Source: Planctomycetota bacterium (GTDB taxonomy: Bacteria; Planctomycetota; MHYJ01; WSZJ01; JACPWG01). Taken from it: a DNA stretch of 64,000 nucleotides. A program made the position numbers and the translations under genes. The stretch covers positions 52,429 to 116,428 of the forward strand of contig JACPWG010000194.1 of NCBI GenBank assembly GCA_016197205.1, in the 5' to 3' direction. Positions 52,215 through 62,465 of this stretch are shown here, piece after piece. Every line of letters starts with the position of its first letter. Within the stretch, counting starts at the first letter, position 1. Under the pieces are notes generated by a model. It was not told the DNA's origin. It made no database searches and saw only the letters and a program-made list of their open reading frames with translations.

Positions 52215-53467
52215 GGACTCACCCCCTGCCGCCCGCCCGGCGCCAGCGCCTCGCGGTACATCGCCTCCAACAGGCGCGCGTGCCGCTCCGGGCTGTGCTC
52301 CTCGTCGAGCCTGCGCAGCGCCGCTTCCCCCTTGGAGCGGATCCGTTCGGGCGCACGGCAGATCTCCTTCATCGTCCGATACAGCCCGTCCTCGATCGTC
52401 TTGCGCAGCCGCTCCCGCTCCGCCGCCGTCGTGCTGCGCGCGTAGCCCCGCGCGTCCTTCGGGACCGGCAGCACCCAGCCGACCTCCTCCCGGTTGATCT
52501 CCGGCAAGGCGCGCACGTCGGTAGTGATCACCGGGCACCCGCAGGCCTGCGCCTCGAGGACCGAGTAGCCGTAGGTCTCCGCGTACGAGGGGAGCAGCCC
52601 GACGTGACTCCGGGCGAGAAGGGCCAGGACCTCCGCGTTCGGGAGCGCCTCGTAGTGCCGCACGAAGGCCGCGGCTGCCAGCTCCGCGCGCGCGCGTTCG
52701 GCGTCCTCTTGCGTCGTGAACGATGCGTAGCGGTCCGGTTCAAGGTTCGACACCACGTGGAGCTGGAGGGCATGCCCTTCCTTCGCCAATCGAGCCGCGG
52801 CGCGGAGCGCCTCCCGCCCGCCCTTGCGAAAGAACTCGCCGCCCACGAACGTGAACTCGAGCCGGTCCCTCGACAAGGGCTTGTCGTCGTAGGACGCCAC
52901 CTGTCGCCGCTGCGGAGGCGGGAGGATCCCCATCTTCCCTCGGATGCGTGTCTCCACGCGCGGGTGGCGTCGCAGCACGTCCGCTTCGATGTCGTAGGCG
53001 TTTTGGCTGAGCGCCAGGATGCGACGGCACTCCGGCCTCGCCAGCAGGGACAGCCCGAACTCCGAGTCGGTCCCCCAGCGAGGCAGCGCGGTCTCGTACG
53101 TGACCATCCAGGGCGTCCTCGACAGACTCACCGCGTTGAAGAAGTGATGGAGGTCGACGGTCCTCCCGGTCAGCTTCGTTTCCAGATGGAGGTTCTGCCA
53201 AAACCTGGAGACCCGGTTGAAGGCGCGGTAGAGCACGTACCGGAGCGGCGCGAAGGCGTCGTGAACCCGCCGCGGCTCGATCCCCGGATGCCGCACGCCG
53301 GCGATGCTCCGGACGGTATTGTAGTCGGTCGAGTGGTACCCGACCCGGATGGGCCGGCGAGCCCTCGCGCTGCCGTCCTCGGCGCAGGCGCCTCGTAGGT
53401 TCTCGGTGTCTTCGGCGTTTTTGGCGGCTCGTCCTCCGTCGCTTCTGCGCATGCCGCGCGCGTTCAT
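52211..53467 (-). CDS. Glycosyltransferase, GT1/GT4-like C-terminal domain
   Basis: The ATG at 53467 overlaps the upstream stop (ATGA). ...HVGLLPSYAETYGYSVLEAQACGCPVITTD. Confidence 0.65.
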   Translation of the reverse strand: MNARGMRRSDGGRAAKNAEDTENLRGACAEDGSARARRPIRVGYHSTDYNTVRSIAGVRHPGIEPRRVHDAFAPLRYVLYRAFNRVSRFWQNLHLETKLTGRTVDLHHFFNAVSLSRTPWMVTYETALPRWGTDSEFGLSLLARPECRRILALSQNAYDIEADVLRRHPRVETRIRGKMGILPPPQRRQVASYDDKPLSRDRLEFTFVGGEFFRKGGREALRAAARLAKEGHALQLHVVSNLEPDRYASFTTQEDAERARAELAAAAFVRHYEALPNAEVLALLARSHVGLLPSYAETYGYSVLEAQACGCPVITTDVRALPEINREEVGWVLPVPKDARGYARSTTAAERERLRKTIEDGLYRTMKEICRAPERIRSKGEAALRRLDEEHSPERHARLLEAMYREALAPGGRQGVSP

Positions 53468-54642
53468 GCGAGCACCCGGGAGGCCGTCTGCGCCCACGTG
53501 TGGCTCTCCAGCACTTTGCGCTGAAAACTCGAGGCGAGCCGGGCCGCGAGCGCCGGATCCGCAAGCAGCTTCCAGATCGCGACCGCCAGCCCCGCGCTCG
53601 TGGGCTGCACCAGGAGGCCGTCCTCGCCGTCCACCATGACGTCTCGCACAGGCCCCGTGTCGGGCGCGACCACCGGCCTGCCGAGCGCTCCGTATTCGAA
53701 GAGCTTCACCGGCGAGCCGTACCAGTTCGAGCCCGCCATGACGGCGACCTCCATCGCCGCGATCAGGCCGAACACGTCGCGGTGCGGGACGCTGCCGGTG
53801 AAGGTCACGCGCCCGGCCACGCCGCTGCGTCCTGCCAGCTCGCGCAGTTTGGGGAGGGCCTCCCCGTCCCCGACCAGCAGCAACGTCAGCCGCGGATCCC
53901 GCTCCGCGATCGACGCGAACGCCTCGACGAGCAGCTCGACCCGGTGCCAGTGGAAAATCGAACCTGCGAAGCCAACGACCCGACGACCTTCGAGCCGGTG
54001 GCGGACGCGCAGGCGCGGGGCTTCGACCGCGCCCGCCGCGGCCTCCGCGGGATGCACCGCGTTCGGCTCGACGACGAACCGGGCCCGCGCCACGGCGTGT
54101 TCACGCGCGAGGTAGTCGCGGAGCGCGGTCGACACCACGACGATACGGTCCGTTCCTCGGAGCTGCCGGCCTTCGACGTGCCGCGCGCAGCCTGCCAGGG
54201 CGGAACCCGAAGCCGCGAGCTGCGCCTTCTCCTGGAGGTACGGGGCGTTCACTTCGAGCACGTGCCGGATGCCGCGACGACGGGCGACCCGCACACCGGC
54301 CCCGTGGAGGTACGTCGAGCGCTCGTAGAGCAGCTCCGGGCGAAAGCGCCTCACGGCCTCGTCCAGCCGGCGGGCCGCGCGCTCTTCGTGCAGGAGAAGC
54401 GCAAGATCCTTCAGCGTCTCGCGTGCGGTCGGCGGCAACAGCGAACGGACGCGGTCCCGGATCCGGCTCGACGTCGCCGGCCCCGGGGCGACCTCCCCGA
54501 GCACGACCGGGTCCACGACGTGACCGAGAGCGCGAAACGCGCCGATCATCTCGCGCATGTGGGTCCCGTAGCCCGCCGGGTCGTGAAGACCCAGGCCCGG
54601 GTGTCCCGAATAGTAGAGGATCCGCACGGATGGGGGAACCAC
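53464..54642 (-). CDS. GT4-family glycosyltransferase
   Basis: VRILYYSGHPGLG...VVGFAGSIFHWHRVELLV...AVMAGSNWYGSPVKLFEYGALGRPVVAPD. Confidence 0.8.
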   Translation of the reverse strand: MVPPSVRILYYSGHPGLGLHDPAGYGTHMREMIGAFRALGHVVDPVVLGEVAPGPATSSRIRDRVRSLLPPTARETLKDLALLLHEERAARRLDEAVRRFRPELLYERSTYLHGAGVRVARRRGIRHVLEVNAPYLQEKAQLAASGSALAGCARHVEGRQLRGTDRIVVVSTALRDYLAREHAVARARFVVEPNAVHPAEAAAGAVEAPRLRVRHRLEGRRVVGFAGSIFHWHRVELLVEAFASIAERDPRLTLLLVGDGEALPKLRELAGRSGVAGRVTFTGSVPHRDVFGLIAAMEVAVMAGSNWYGSPVKLFEYGALGRPVVAPDTGPVRDVMVDGEDGLLVQPTSAGLAVAIWKLLADPALAARLASSFQRKVLESHTWAQTASRVLA

Positions 54643-54778
54643 GAAGGGGGGCGCTTCGAGTGACCCATTCGAAAGCGCGGGAGTCTACTATGCCGCCCTC
54701 GGGAATGCAACGGGGTTTTCGACCAGGTGCGGAGCGGGGGAGAGCCGCTACGGAACCGCGAGGCCTGCTACCGCGGTT

Positions 54779-56386
54779 CTACCTGAGAGGCGTGGCCCGC
54801 GCCAGGAGGAGGACTTCGCGCGGCGCGGGCGTCCGACCCAGCACCGAGTATCGACACCACTCGAGCAGGCCGCCCAGTGGGCCGAGCGCCGCGGGGTAGG
54901 GATTCGCCCGGAAATGCGCGTGCGCTTCGAGGCGGCCGACCAGGTCCTCTCGCCGGTAGAGGGTGTTCGCTTCGGCGAGCAGCCATGCGCCGTCCGGGGG
55001 ACTGGCCGCGTCGAGGGCGCGCACTTCCACGATCGAACTGAGGTACCACTCCGCGACCCGGGCGAGGGCGTCCCGCTCCCGTTGGCTGCGATCGGTGAGC
55101 ACGGGGGAGGGGTCGAAGGAAGCCGCGCGAGCCGCTGCGACGAGCGGCGCGGTCGTCGATTGATAGGGCGGGACGCGGAGCAGCGTGCAGGGAACGGTTG
55201 CAAGGACGAGCGCGACGAAGAACGCGGAGACGCGTGTTCCCGACCGGCCGCCGCGCTCAAGCGCGCCTCCGATCCAGCCGCCCGCCATGCCCGCCAGCGG
55301 CGCGAGCAGGTGCGTGAGGAAGCGCTCCAGTGGGGGGACCTTCGTCATCCGCAGCCAGGACGCGGTCAGCAGGAAGACCACGACCGCGACCGCCGGGAGC
55401 GCGCGTCGACCCCCGCGGAGCGCGGCGACGAGCGCCGGGAGCGCGAACCACGCGAGCACTCCCGAGTCGGCCCAGGGGCTGAAGAGCCGGAGCGGCAGCC
55501 AGGCGAAGCGACCGGCCGCCGCGGCCCAGCCCGGCTCTTCGCTGATCTCGTGCAGGTGCGTGATCGCTCCGGAGCCCACGCGTTCGCGCACCCACGGGTC
55601 GCCGAAGGCCAGCCAGCACCCGGTCCAAACCGCCAGCACGCAACCCACCGCGACCGCCAGGGCCGTCGCGGTGGGGCGCCGGCGATGACCCCGCCACACC
55701 TGCCAACCCAGGCAGGCCGCGAACCCCGGCGCGAAGGACAGCGCGGACATGCACGACAGATCGGCCATGCCCAGGGCGATTCCCGCAGCGACCCCGCGCC
55801 ACACTCCGCCGTCCCCCGGTCCCCCGCTTTCCTCCGGCTCGTCCAGCAGGAAGAGCGCGATCCCCGCCCATAGGGCGAGCACCGTATCCTTGTTGAGCGT
55901 GGTGGCCAACGTGAGCCACGTGGGAGTCGACGCCAGCCCCAGGACCGCGAAGACCCCGCCCCAGCGCGACCCCCGCGCCCCCCACCGGTACGCCAGCCCG
56001 GCGAGTCCGAGCGCCACCGCCATCGGGAAAGCCACGCTCGCGGCCATGGACTTGCCCGCGACCCAATAGACCGCTGCCTGCGGCACGTACGTCCCCCACC
56101 GGTGCGTGTACGCCTGGTAGCCCCCGATTTGCCCCAGCCGCCCATCGAGCAAGGCGATCGCCCGCGAGTGGTACGAAATCGAATCATGCCGGTCCACGTC
56201 GAAGAGCGTCGCCGCCAACGCGAGCGCCGCGCACGCGACGACCACCCCAAACACCGCCGGGAGCCACCGCCGACCGTCGTTCTCCGGTTCCTCTCCGCCG
56301 TTGCACGCTCCCTGTCCGCTTCTCCGCGAGGCGTCGTCTTTTTTGGGATTTGGGATTTGGGATCTGGGATTTTCGTCGCTCAGCAC
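54779..56386 (-). CDS. GT39/ArnT-like (PMT_2) polytopic membrane glycosyltransferase; start uncertain
   Basis: Many TM helices (LPAVFGVVVACAALALAATLF, VYWVAGKSMAASVAFPMAVALGLAGLAY...). Candidate GTG starts at 56386 or ~56240. The N-terminal 250 codons of the six-frame ORF are junk. Confidence 0.55.
   Translation of the reverse strand: MLSDENPRSQIPNPKKDDASRRSGQGACNGGEEPENDGRRWLPAVFGVVVACAALALAATLFDVDRHDSISYHSRAIALLDGRLGQIGGYQAYTHRWGTYVPQAAVYWVAGKSMAASVAFPMAVALGLAGLAYRWGARGSRWGGVFAVLGLASTPTWLTLATTLNKDTVLALWAGIALFLLDEPEESGGPGDGGVWRGVAAGIALGMADLSCMSALSFAPGFAACLGWQVWRGHRRRPTATALAVAVGCVLAVWTGCWLAFGDPWVRERVGSGAITHLHEISEEPGWAAAAGRFAWLPLRLFSPWADSGVLAWFALPALVAALRGGRRALPAVAVVVFLLTASWLRMTKVPPLERFLTHLLAPLAGMAGGWIGGALERGGRSGTRVSAFFVALVLATVPCTLLRVPPYQSTTAPLVAAARAASFDPSPVLTDRSQRERDALARVAEWYLSSIVEVRALDAASPPDGAWLLAEANTLYRREDLVGRLEAHAHFRANPYPAALGPLGGLLEWCRYSVLGRTPAPREVLLLARATPLR
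56344..56371. repeat. Tandem heptanucleotide repeat (TGGGATT)x4 at the 5' end of, or just upstream of, the GT39-like gene
   Basis: ttttGGGATTTGGGATTTGGGATCTGGGATTttcg. Confidence 0.7.
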
Positions 56387-57642
56387 GCCAACTCCTCCGC
56401 CACTCCACCCACGTCGCCCTCGCCGGCCATTCCACGCGCGTGCGCCTCCTCCAGCAAGAGCGCATCGATCAAGAATTTCGCCCCCCACGACACCAGCGTC
56501 AGCCCATGGTAGTCCCCATCGACTGGATACGCCCCCGCGACCGCGCCGTCCAGCAGCGGCTCGTCCGGGCGCGCGAGCTGCGTCCGCCGAACGAACCGGG
56601 TCAGCCGTCCGGCCGCGTCGAGCCCGCCCGGCAGCTCCGGCAGCCCGGCCGCCGCCAGGCGGTACACGAGACCGGCGAGCTGCGCATTCCCGGTCAGGCA
56701 GTCGAACTCCCCCGTCGCCGCGAAGTCGTCTCCGAATGCGCCCGGCATCCGGCCTTCCGGGTCCACGTGTCGAAGCAGGGCGGCGACGCCCTCCAGCACG
56801 AACTCCTCGAGCTCTCGCGCGAGGCCGTCTTCCACGCCCGCGAAGAGCGCGCGGCACTCGAGGCAACCTCGCAGGGCATAGCAGATGTGGTGGGGATACG
56901 CCCCAGGATGCCCCGGGTGCGCGTACTCCGGCAGCCAGCCGCCCGGGCGCCGACGGTCGAGCAGCCGGCGCATGAATCGTCGCGCGGCGTCGACCGCGGC
57001 CGGTTCGCCGGCTGCCCGGCCCACGAGGAGCAGCGGCCACGCCGCGCGCGCGTGGTGGGCGTTTCGCGGCATGCTCGCATAGCTTGCGAAACTACCGTCC
57101 GGCTCCTGGACGGACGCCACCCACTTGCAGGCTCGGACCGCCGCCGCCCGATACGCCTCGTCGCCGAATGCGCGGAAGGCCGACCACAGCCCGAGCACGA
57201 TCTGGCAGGTGTTGAAGACCACGGGCGGCTGCGGCGCCGCGCCGACCTGCGAGCCAGGGAAGCCGCCGTCCGGGAGCTGGACCGTCAGCAGCCAGTCGGC
57301 CATGCGACGCGCCCGCTCGCGCCCGTCGTCGGCCTCGCCGCGCGCCGCGCACGCGAGGATCGTCGGCAGGATGTAGCCCGTCGTCTCCGGGTACGCGCCC
57401 CCGACAGCCCGCCGGACGTCCCCTCGCTCGGCATAGTGGAGCAGGTTCACCCCGGACGCCACGCCGCCCGTGCCCGTCGCGTCCTGGAGTCGGAAGAGCC
57501 AGCGGAGCGCCGCGCCTCGAGCCTCGCGCGCACCCGGGCACTCGGCCGCCGGTCGGAGCGGCGAGCCCAGCGCGTACGCCAGGTCGGGCCGTAGCCGCGC
57601 GTTCATGGCCTTCCGGAAGCGATTCAGCGCCCTCAGCAGCAT
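56380..57642 (-). CDS. alpha/alpha-toroid repeat protein (prenyltransferase/squalene-oxidase-like or terpene-cyclase-like fold); function unknown
   Basis: ATG at 57642. Repeats of the type LLTVQLPDGGFPGSQVGAAPQPPVVFNTCQIVLGLWSA...ACKWVASVQEPDGSF. Weak family assignment. Confidence 0.45.
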   Translation of the reverse strand: MLLRALNRFRKAMNARLRPDLAYALGSPLRPAAECPGAREARGAALRWLFRLQDATGTGGVASGVNLLHYAERGDVRRAVGGAYPETTGYILPTILACAARGEADDGRERARRMADWLLTVQLPDGGFPGSQVGAAPQPPVVFNTCQIVLGLWSAFRAFGDEAYRAAAVRACKWVASVQEPDGSFASYASMPRNAHHARAAWPLLLVGRAAGEPAAVDAARRFMRRLLDRRRPGGWLPEYAHPGHPGAYPHHICYALRGCLECRALFAGVEDGLARELEEFVLEGVAALLRHVDPEGRMPGAFGDDFAATGEFDCLTGNAQLAGLVYRLAAAGLPELPGGLDAAGRLTRFVRRTQLARPDEPLLDGAVAGAYPVDGDYHGLTLVSWGAKFLIDALLLEEAHARGMAGEGDVGGVAEELAC

Positions 57643-58799
57643 GCGACCTCGCGGTAGAGCCGCGCGAGCCGCTCGCCCTGCGCCCGCGCATCGAATTCCT
57701 CCTCCATGCGGCGCCGCGCCGCGGCCCCCAGCTCCCCCCATCGCTCCGGGTGCTCCACGTACCACCGCAGCTGCGCGACCAGCCCGTCGACGTCCCCCTC
57801 CGCCGCAAGCATCCCCGTGCGGCCGTGTTGGACCACCTCCGGGATGTCGCAGTGCGTCGTGGCGACAATCGGCATGCCCGTGGCCGACATCTCGATCACC
57901 GTCACCGGCGCCCCGCCCTCCGTGTCCCCGTCCGAGGCCGTCCGGCTCGCGGCCAGGAACACGTGGCTGCGGTACGCCTCTTCGAAGACGGTCCGGTGCG
58001 GCTGGAAGCCCAGCAGTCGCACCTGGTCGGCAAGCCCGAGCCGCGCGATCGCCTCGAGGATCCGGCCCTTCTCGGCGATCGAGCGCGGGGCATCCACCGC
58101 GTCCCCCACCAGGACGATCTCGAGCGGCACCTCGTCCCTCAGCTGGCGCAGCGCGGCGAGCGCGTCCGGGATCCCTTTCTTCTCGTGGAAGCTCGCCGCG
58201 ATCAGGACGCGGAGGGGCGCGCCGCGGCGCCACGAGCGAGGGCGAAACTCCAGTTCCTGCAGCGACACGCCCAAGTGATGGACGCGCACCTTTCGCTCCG
58301 GGCAGCCGAGCGCGACGAGGCAGCGTGCCATGTGGGGCCCTTCGCAAAGAAAGAGGTCCCCCTGGGCGAACAGCTCCCGGTAGCGTTCTCTCCACTCCGG
58401 CTCCCGTTGCGGGAGCATGTTCACGTCGAAGCCGTAGAACGTGACGACGTGCCGCAGGCCCGCCCGCCGTGTCGCCTCCAGCTGCCTCCAGGCCGTGTCG
58501 CCGAAGTGCGAGTGCAGCACCCGCGCCCCGAGCGCACGCGCGCGCTCCACGAGAAACGCGTACGGGTCGCGCAGCCGGAGTTTTCGCAGGCCGCGCTCCC
58601 AGTATTCGCGCAGCCCGCCGTCGCGCACGTGGTGGAGGTTCGGGAGCGCGAACTGGTCCAGGTTCGCGACCGACTCGCAGACCACGTGGCAGTCGATGTC
58701 GCGCGGTAGGTTGCGGACCTGCGTGTACATCCACGTCTGGGTCAAGGGGAGCCAGACGGGGAAGCCGTGGACGACGACGAGCGGTTGGGAATCAGGCAC
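57633..58799 (-). CDS. GT4-family glycosyltransferase
   Basis: MPDSQPLVVVHGFPVW...HVFLAASRTASDGDTEGGAPVTVIEMSATGMPIVAT. Confidence 0.85.
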   Translation of the reverse strand: MPDSQPLVVVHGFPVWLPLTQTWMYTQVRNLPRDIDCHVVCESVANLDQFALPNLHHVRDGGLREYWERGLRKLRLRDPYAFLVERARALGARVLHSHFGDTAWRQLEATRRAGLRHVVTFYGFDVNMLPQREPEWRERYRELFAQGDLFLCEGPHMARCLVALGCPERKVRVHHLGVSLQELEFRPRSWRRGAPLRVLIAASFHEKKGIPDALAALRQLRDEVPLEIVLVGDAVDAPRSIAEKGRILEAIARLGLADQVRLLGFQPHRTVFEEAYRSHVFLAASRTASDGDTEGGAPVTVIEMSATGMPIVATTHCDIPEVVQHGRTGMLAAEGDVDGLVAQLRWYVEHPERWGELGAAARRRMEEEFDARAQGERLARLYREVACC

Positions 58800-59391
58800 C
58801 GGTCGCCGGCTCCAGGCTGCGCACCTTGCGTGCGGGGACCCCTGCGTAGAGGCACCGCGGCTCCGCGTCCGCGCGGAGAAGGCTGTGGGCCGCGAGTACT
58901 CCCTCCGCGGCCATGGTCACGCCGAGAAGCACCGTGGCCCGCGTGCCCAGCCAGGCGCCGTGGCCCACCCGGATCGCGCCTGTGCGGCGCGGGTACCTCG
59001 TTTCGAGCCAGGGGGAGCGGTTGCAGTCCTCGTGCGTGAGGAAGGCCGCCTGCGCGGAGACCACCGCGTTGTCCTCGATCGTCACCGACTCGGTCAGGTC
59101 GAAGTACACTCCGTCGCCGATGTAGCAGCGCGCGCCGATGCGCAGGTTGCGGAAGTCGCCCGGCGCGGAGGAGTACTCGTAGGCGTTTTCGATGAGGACG
59201 CTGCGCTTGAAGGTCGTGCCTTCGCCCACGGTCGCGCCGAAGGCGCGGAGCAGGCGCGCGCTCACGCTCGGGTTCGGGTTGCGCAGGTAGCGCACGACGA
59301 GGCCGAGTCCCAGCCACCGAGAGAGGGCGCGGACGACGAGGAACTCCAGCGTCGCCACGCGGGAGGACAGGCGCTCCACCACTTGACGCAT
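58792..59391 (-). CDS. Hexapeptide-repeat (LbH) O-acetyltransferase
   Basis: ATG at 59391. Hexapeptide repeats: IGARCYIGDGVYFDLTESVTIEDNAVVSAQAAFLTHED...IRVGHGAWLGTRATVLLGVTMAAEGVLAAHSLL. Confidence 0.8.
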   Translation of the reverse strand: MRQVVERLSSRVATLEFLVVRALSRWLGLGLVVRYLRNPNPSVSARLLRAFGATVGEGTTFKRSVLIENAYEYSSAPGDFRNLRIGARCYIGDGVYFDLTESVTIEDNAVVSAQAAFLTHEDCNRSPWLETRYPRRTGAIRVGHGAWLGTRATVLLGVTMAAEGVLAAHSLLRADAEPRCLYAGVPARKVRSLEPATGA

Positions 59392-59572
59392 GGCTTCCGG
59401 GCCCTCCGACAGCGGCGCGGCGCGAGCGAGGATACCGAGCGTGGCCGGGTTCAAACGGGACAGGCGAGCCACCGAGCACGCCGAAAACACCGAGTGTGGC
59501 GGCGAGTCGTTCGGCGTCTTCGGCGCGTTGGGCGGCTCGTCCACCGTAGGCCCGCATGCGGGGCGGAGCATC

Positions 59573-61237
59573 CTAGCCGCTCGCCGGGGCCGGCGCAACG
59601 GAATTCCCGTCGGGAGCCGGGCCCGCGAGCGGATCGTCGTTGAGGTCGTGCCAGAGCGTCCGGAGTCGCGCCCGGTCGACCCCGCCGACGAACCGGGTGA
59701 CGACCGCGAAGAGGCCCAGCAGCGCGAACTTGGGGAGGAGCGCATACCCCGAGTCGAGCGCTTCGACCCAGCGGTCCAGGCCGTAGGCGAGGGAAAAACC
59801 GAGGAGAGCGCCGGCCAGCGGCCGGCTCAGGAGCGTGGGCACGTAGTGGCGCCGCGCCAGCCGCTGCGCGAGCACGAGGACGAACAGGCCGGAGAGCACG
59901 GTCCCCATCGCCGCGCCCAGCGCACCCAGCCTCGGGACCAGCGCGAGGTCCAGGGCCATGACGAAGAGGCCGGGCAGCACCGTGAGCCTCCACAGACGGG
60001 TGGGACTGTGGTAGAAGACCGGGAGCGTGAGTACGATGAAGATCGGCCTGCAAAGCTGGTAAGGGAGGACCGCGCAGGCCACCGCGGCGGCCTGGCTGTA
60101 GCTCGCCGGCAGCAGGAGCCGGATCACCGGCGGCACGAAGAGGCAGGCCAAGAGCACCACGACCGAGACGACCAGAAAGGCCCCGGGCAGCACGCGAGAA
60201 CAATACTCGCGTGCCGCGTCATTGCCGCGCGCCAGCAACCGATAGCCGCGCGGGGAGAAGCTCTGACCGAACGCGAAGAGCGCCACCTCGAGGGGCATGA
60301 CGAATTTCTGACCCACGTCGAAGAGACCGACCGCGGTCAGGCCCTCGGGTGCGAAGCGCTCCAGCACGTAGCGGTCGCAGCCGGAGAGGAAGGCGCACAG
60401 AAAGGAATACGGCAGGAGCTTGGCGCCGTAGCCGAGGAGCTGCCGCAGGATCGCCCAGTCCCAGTGGAACCCGTACCGGCGGGCCGTAACGCCCAGGAAG
60501 TAGAGCCAGATCAGGCACGCCGCCGCCGCCTGTCCGCCCAGGAGTCCCACCGCCCCCGCCTTGAGGTAGAGTAGACCGAAGCAGATGAAAGAGAACGAGA
60601 GCGCGAACGTGACCAGGCGGTACGTCGTGTACCGGACCGGGGCCTCCTCCATGGCGTAGACGCCGAGGTTCAGGTTCGGGTAGGTGTACAGGTAGGCCCC
60701 GAGCAGCCCCAACGCCATGTACGGGAAGAAGAGGCCCTCGCCGTGCACGAGCGTGAGCCGGCACACGGTGTCGCCGACGAGACACGCCAGCCCGAGTCCG
60801 AGGAGGTTCACCAGCGCCGAGTAGGTGGCCAGCGAGCCGATCAGCCGCGAGAGGCCGCCGGGCACCTTTTCGTAAGTGGGGTAGAAGCGCTGGAGCGCGC
60901 CCGCGGTCCCGAGTCCGAAAAAAAGAGCTGCCCAGGTCGCGGCCTGCTGCACGAGCGCGAGCGTGCCGTAGTCGGCCGGGGTCAGGACCCGCGTATAGAG
61001 CGGGAGCATGAAGAAATTGATCGCCTTGACGAGGACGTCGCCGAGCGCGTAGAGGACCGCGTTCGCGAAGAGCGCGCGGCGTGGGGCGGCCCCCGCGGGT
61101 GCTGCACCGGCGGCGGGCGGTGGGGCGGGGCTCGCCGCGGTCGCCGCCGGGTGTGCGACGGCCGGCTCCGCTTCGGAGACGCACGGCGGGGCCTCGGGCC
61201 CGAAGGCCTTTGGGTCAGGGAGCGAGGATGAAGTCAA
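59573..61237 (-). CDS. Wzx-type polysaccharide flippase (MOP superfamily); start uncertain
   Basis: ~12 TM helices beginning LFANAVLYALGDVLVKAINFFMLPLYTRVLTPADYGTLALV. No ATG/GTG precedes the first TM downstream of the neighbouring stop. Candidate TTG at ~61237. Confidence 0.75.
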   Translation of the reverse strand: MTSSSLPDPKAFGPEAPPCVSEAEPAVAHPAATAASPAPPPAAGAAPAGAAPRRALFANAVLYALGDVLVKAINFFMLPLYTRVLTPADYGTLALVQQAATWAALFFGLGTAGALQRFYPTYEKVPGGLSRLIGSLATYSALVNLLGLGLACLVGDTVCRLTLVHGEGLFFPYMALGLLGAYLYTYPNLNLGVYAMEEAPVRYTTYRLVTFALSFSFICFGLLYLKAGAVGLLGGQAAAACLIWLYFLGVTARRYGFHWDWAILRQLLGYGAKLLPYSFLCAFLSGCDRYVLERFAPEGLTAVGLFDVGQKFVMPLEVALFAFGQSFSPRGYRLLARGNDAAREYCSRVLPGAFLVVSVVVLLACLFVPPVIRLLLPASYSQAAAVACAVLPYQLCRPIFIVLTLPVFYHSPTRLWRLTVLPGLFVMALDLALVPRLGALGAAMGTVLSGLFVLVLAQRLARRHYVPTLLSRPLAGALLGFSLAYGLDRWVEALDSGYALLPKFALLGLFAVVTRFVGGVDRARLRTLWHDLNDDPLAGPAPDGNSVAPAPASG

Positions 61238-62315
61238 GGTACTCCCCCCGGAGGCCGTCCCAACTGAAGCGCTCCTCGAACACGCGGCGATTCCGCTCGC
61301 CTTTGGCGCGCCGCCAGGCCCCGTCGCTCGCGTGGTCGCGCACGAAGTTCGCCAACCTCCCCGTCGCATTCATGTCGATGCACGCCTCCGGGTCCTGCAC
61401 GATCCAGCGGAACAGTTCGCGATCATGCACGGCGACCGGCAACCCGGCGCGCATCGCCTCCACGACCACCAGCCCGAACCCCTCCTGCGTGGCCCCGAGG
61501 ACGAAGAGGTCGGCCATCCGGTACACGGCGTCGATGTCCTCCGGCGGGACGTAGAGGTGACGGAAGCGGTCGCCGAGCCGTTCGCGCGCGTGGTCGAGCA
61601 GCGCCCCGTCCTCCGGGGCGCCGCACAACACCAGCCCCCACTCCGCGGGCATGCGCTCGGCCTCTTCGATCACGTAGTCCATCCGCTTGTGCGGGCGCTT
61701 CACCACTCCCACCGACAGGGCGACGAGCGGCGTGCCGATCCCGTATCGTTCGCGCAGGCGGGCCTTCTCCCCGCCTCCGGCCCCGAGCGGAGTTCTCGGG
61801 AGGAAGTGCGGCAGCAGCCGGACTCGACTCCGCCCTCCTGGTCGCGAAGAGGACCGGCGGAAATTCTCGACGTTCACCTCCTGGATCCGGTCCGCGATCC
61901 CCAGGTAGTGCTCCGGGTCCATCCAGACTCCATGCGTGAAGAGGAGCCGCGGCGCCCCCGGGAGCACCCGACGGAACCGGTGGAGCATTCTTGCGAGCGT
62001 GGCATCCAGCGTCAGCAGCCGATCGTAGCGGCGACCGAGCAAGACGGTGTGCACGAGGAAGGCCGCAGCAAAAAAAAGTGACTCCCAGGCATACGCATCG
62101 CCGCGCAGGCGGCCCAGCAGCCCGCACAGTCGGGAGCGCCGCGAAGGCACCGTCAGTCGTGCCTCCCCTTCCGCCGCCGCGCCGTCACGCTTGAAGAGCA
62201 GGACCTCCGCCGTCCCGGCCAGGTCCGCCCTCAGCCGCGTGAAGAGCAGCCGGCAGTGGACTTCGTACCCGCGGCGTACCGAGTCCAGGCCCGAGCAGAG
62301 GATCGCGATTCTCAT
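61215..62315 (-). CDS. GT4-family glycosyltransferase
   Basis: MRIAILCSGLDSVRRGYEVH...DLFVLGATQEGFGLVVVEAMRAGLPVAVHD. Confidence 0.8.
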   Translation of the reverse strand: MRIAILCSGLDSVRRGYEVHCRLLFTRLRADLAGTAEVLLFKRDGAAAEGEARLTVPSRRSRLCGLLGRLRGDAYAWESLFFAAAFLVHTVLLGRRYDRLLTLDATLARMLHRFRRVLPGAPRLLFTHGVWMDPEHYLGIADRIQEVNVENFRRSSSRPGGRSRVRLLPHFLPRTPLGAGGGEKARLRERYGIGTPLVALSVGVVKRPHKRMDYVIEEAERMPAEWGLVLCGAPEDGALLDHARERLGDRFRHLYVPPEDIDAVYRMADLFVLGATQEGFGLVVVEAMRAGLPVAVHDRELFRWIVQDPEACIDMNATGRLANFVRDHASDGAWRRAKGERNRRVFEERFSWDGLRGEYLDFILAP

Positions 62316-62465
62316 GGTGGCTACCCGGTCCTTCAGAACGCGGCGGCGCCGCAGAAAGAAACGGAACCGCGACCCATTCGACTCGGCCTTCGGCCTCGCT
62401 CAGGGCGAGGGAGCGGCCTCGAGGTATCCTTCGTTTCCCCGAGGCTCGATTTGTCACCCCGGGAT

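Noticed and set aside
54779-57040. 753-aa ORF for the GT39-like gene
   Set aside because: The upstream 250 codons are junk overlapping the alpha/alpha-toroid gene, which ends at 56380. The membrane protein must start at or after 56386.
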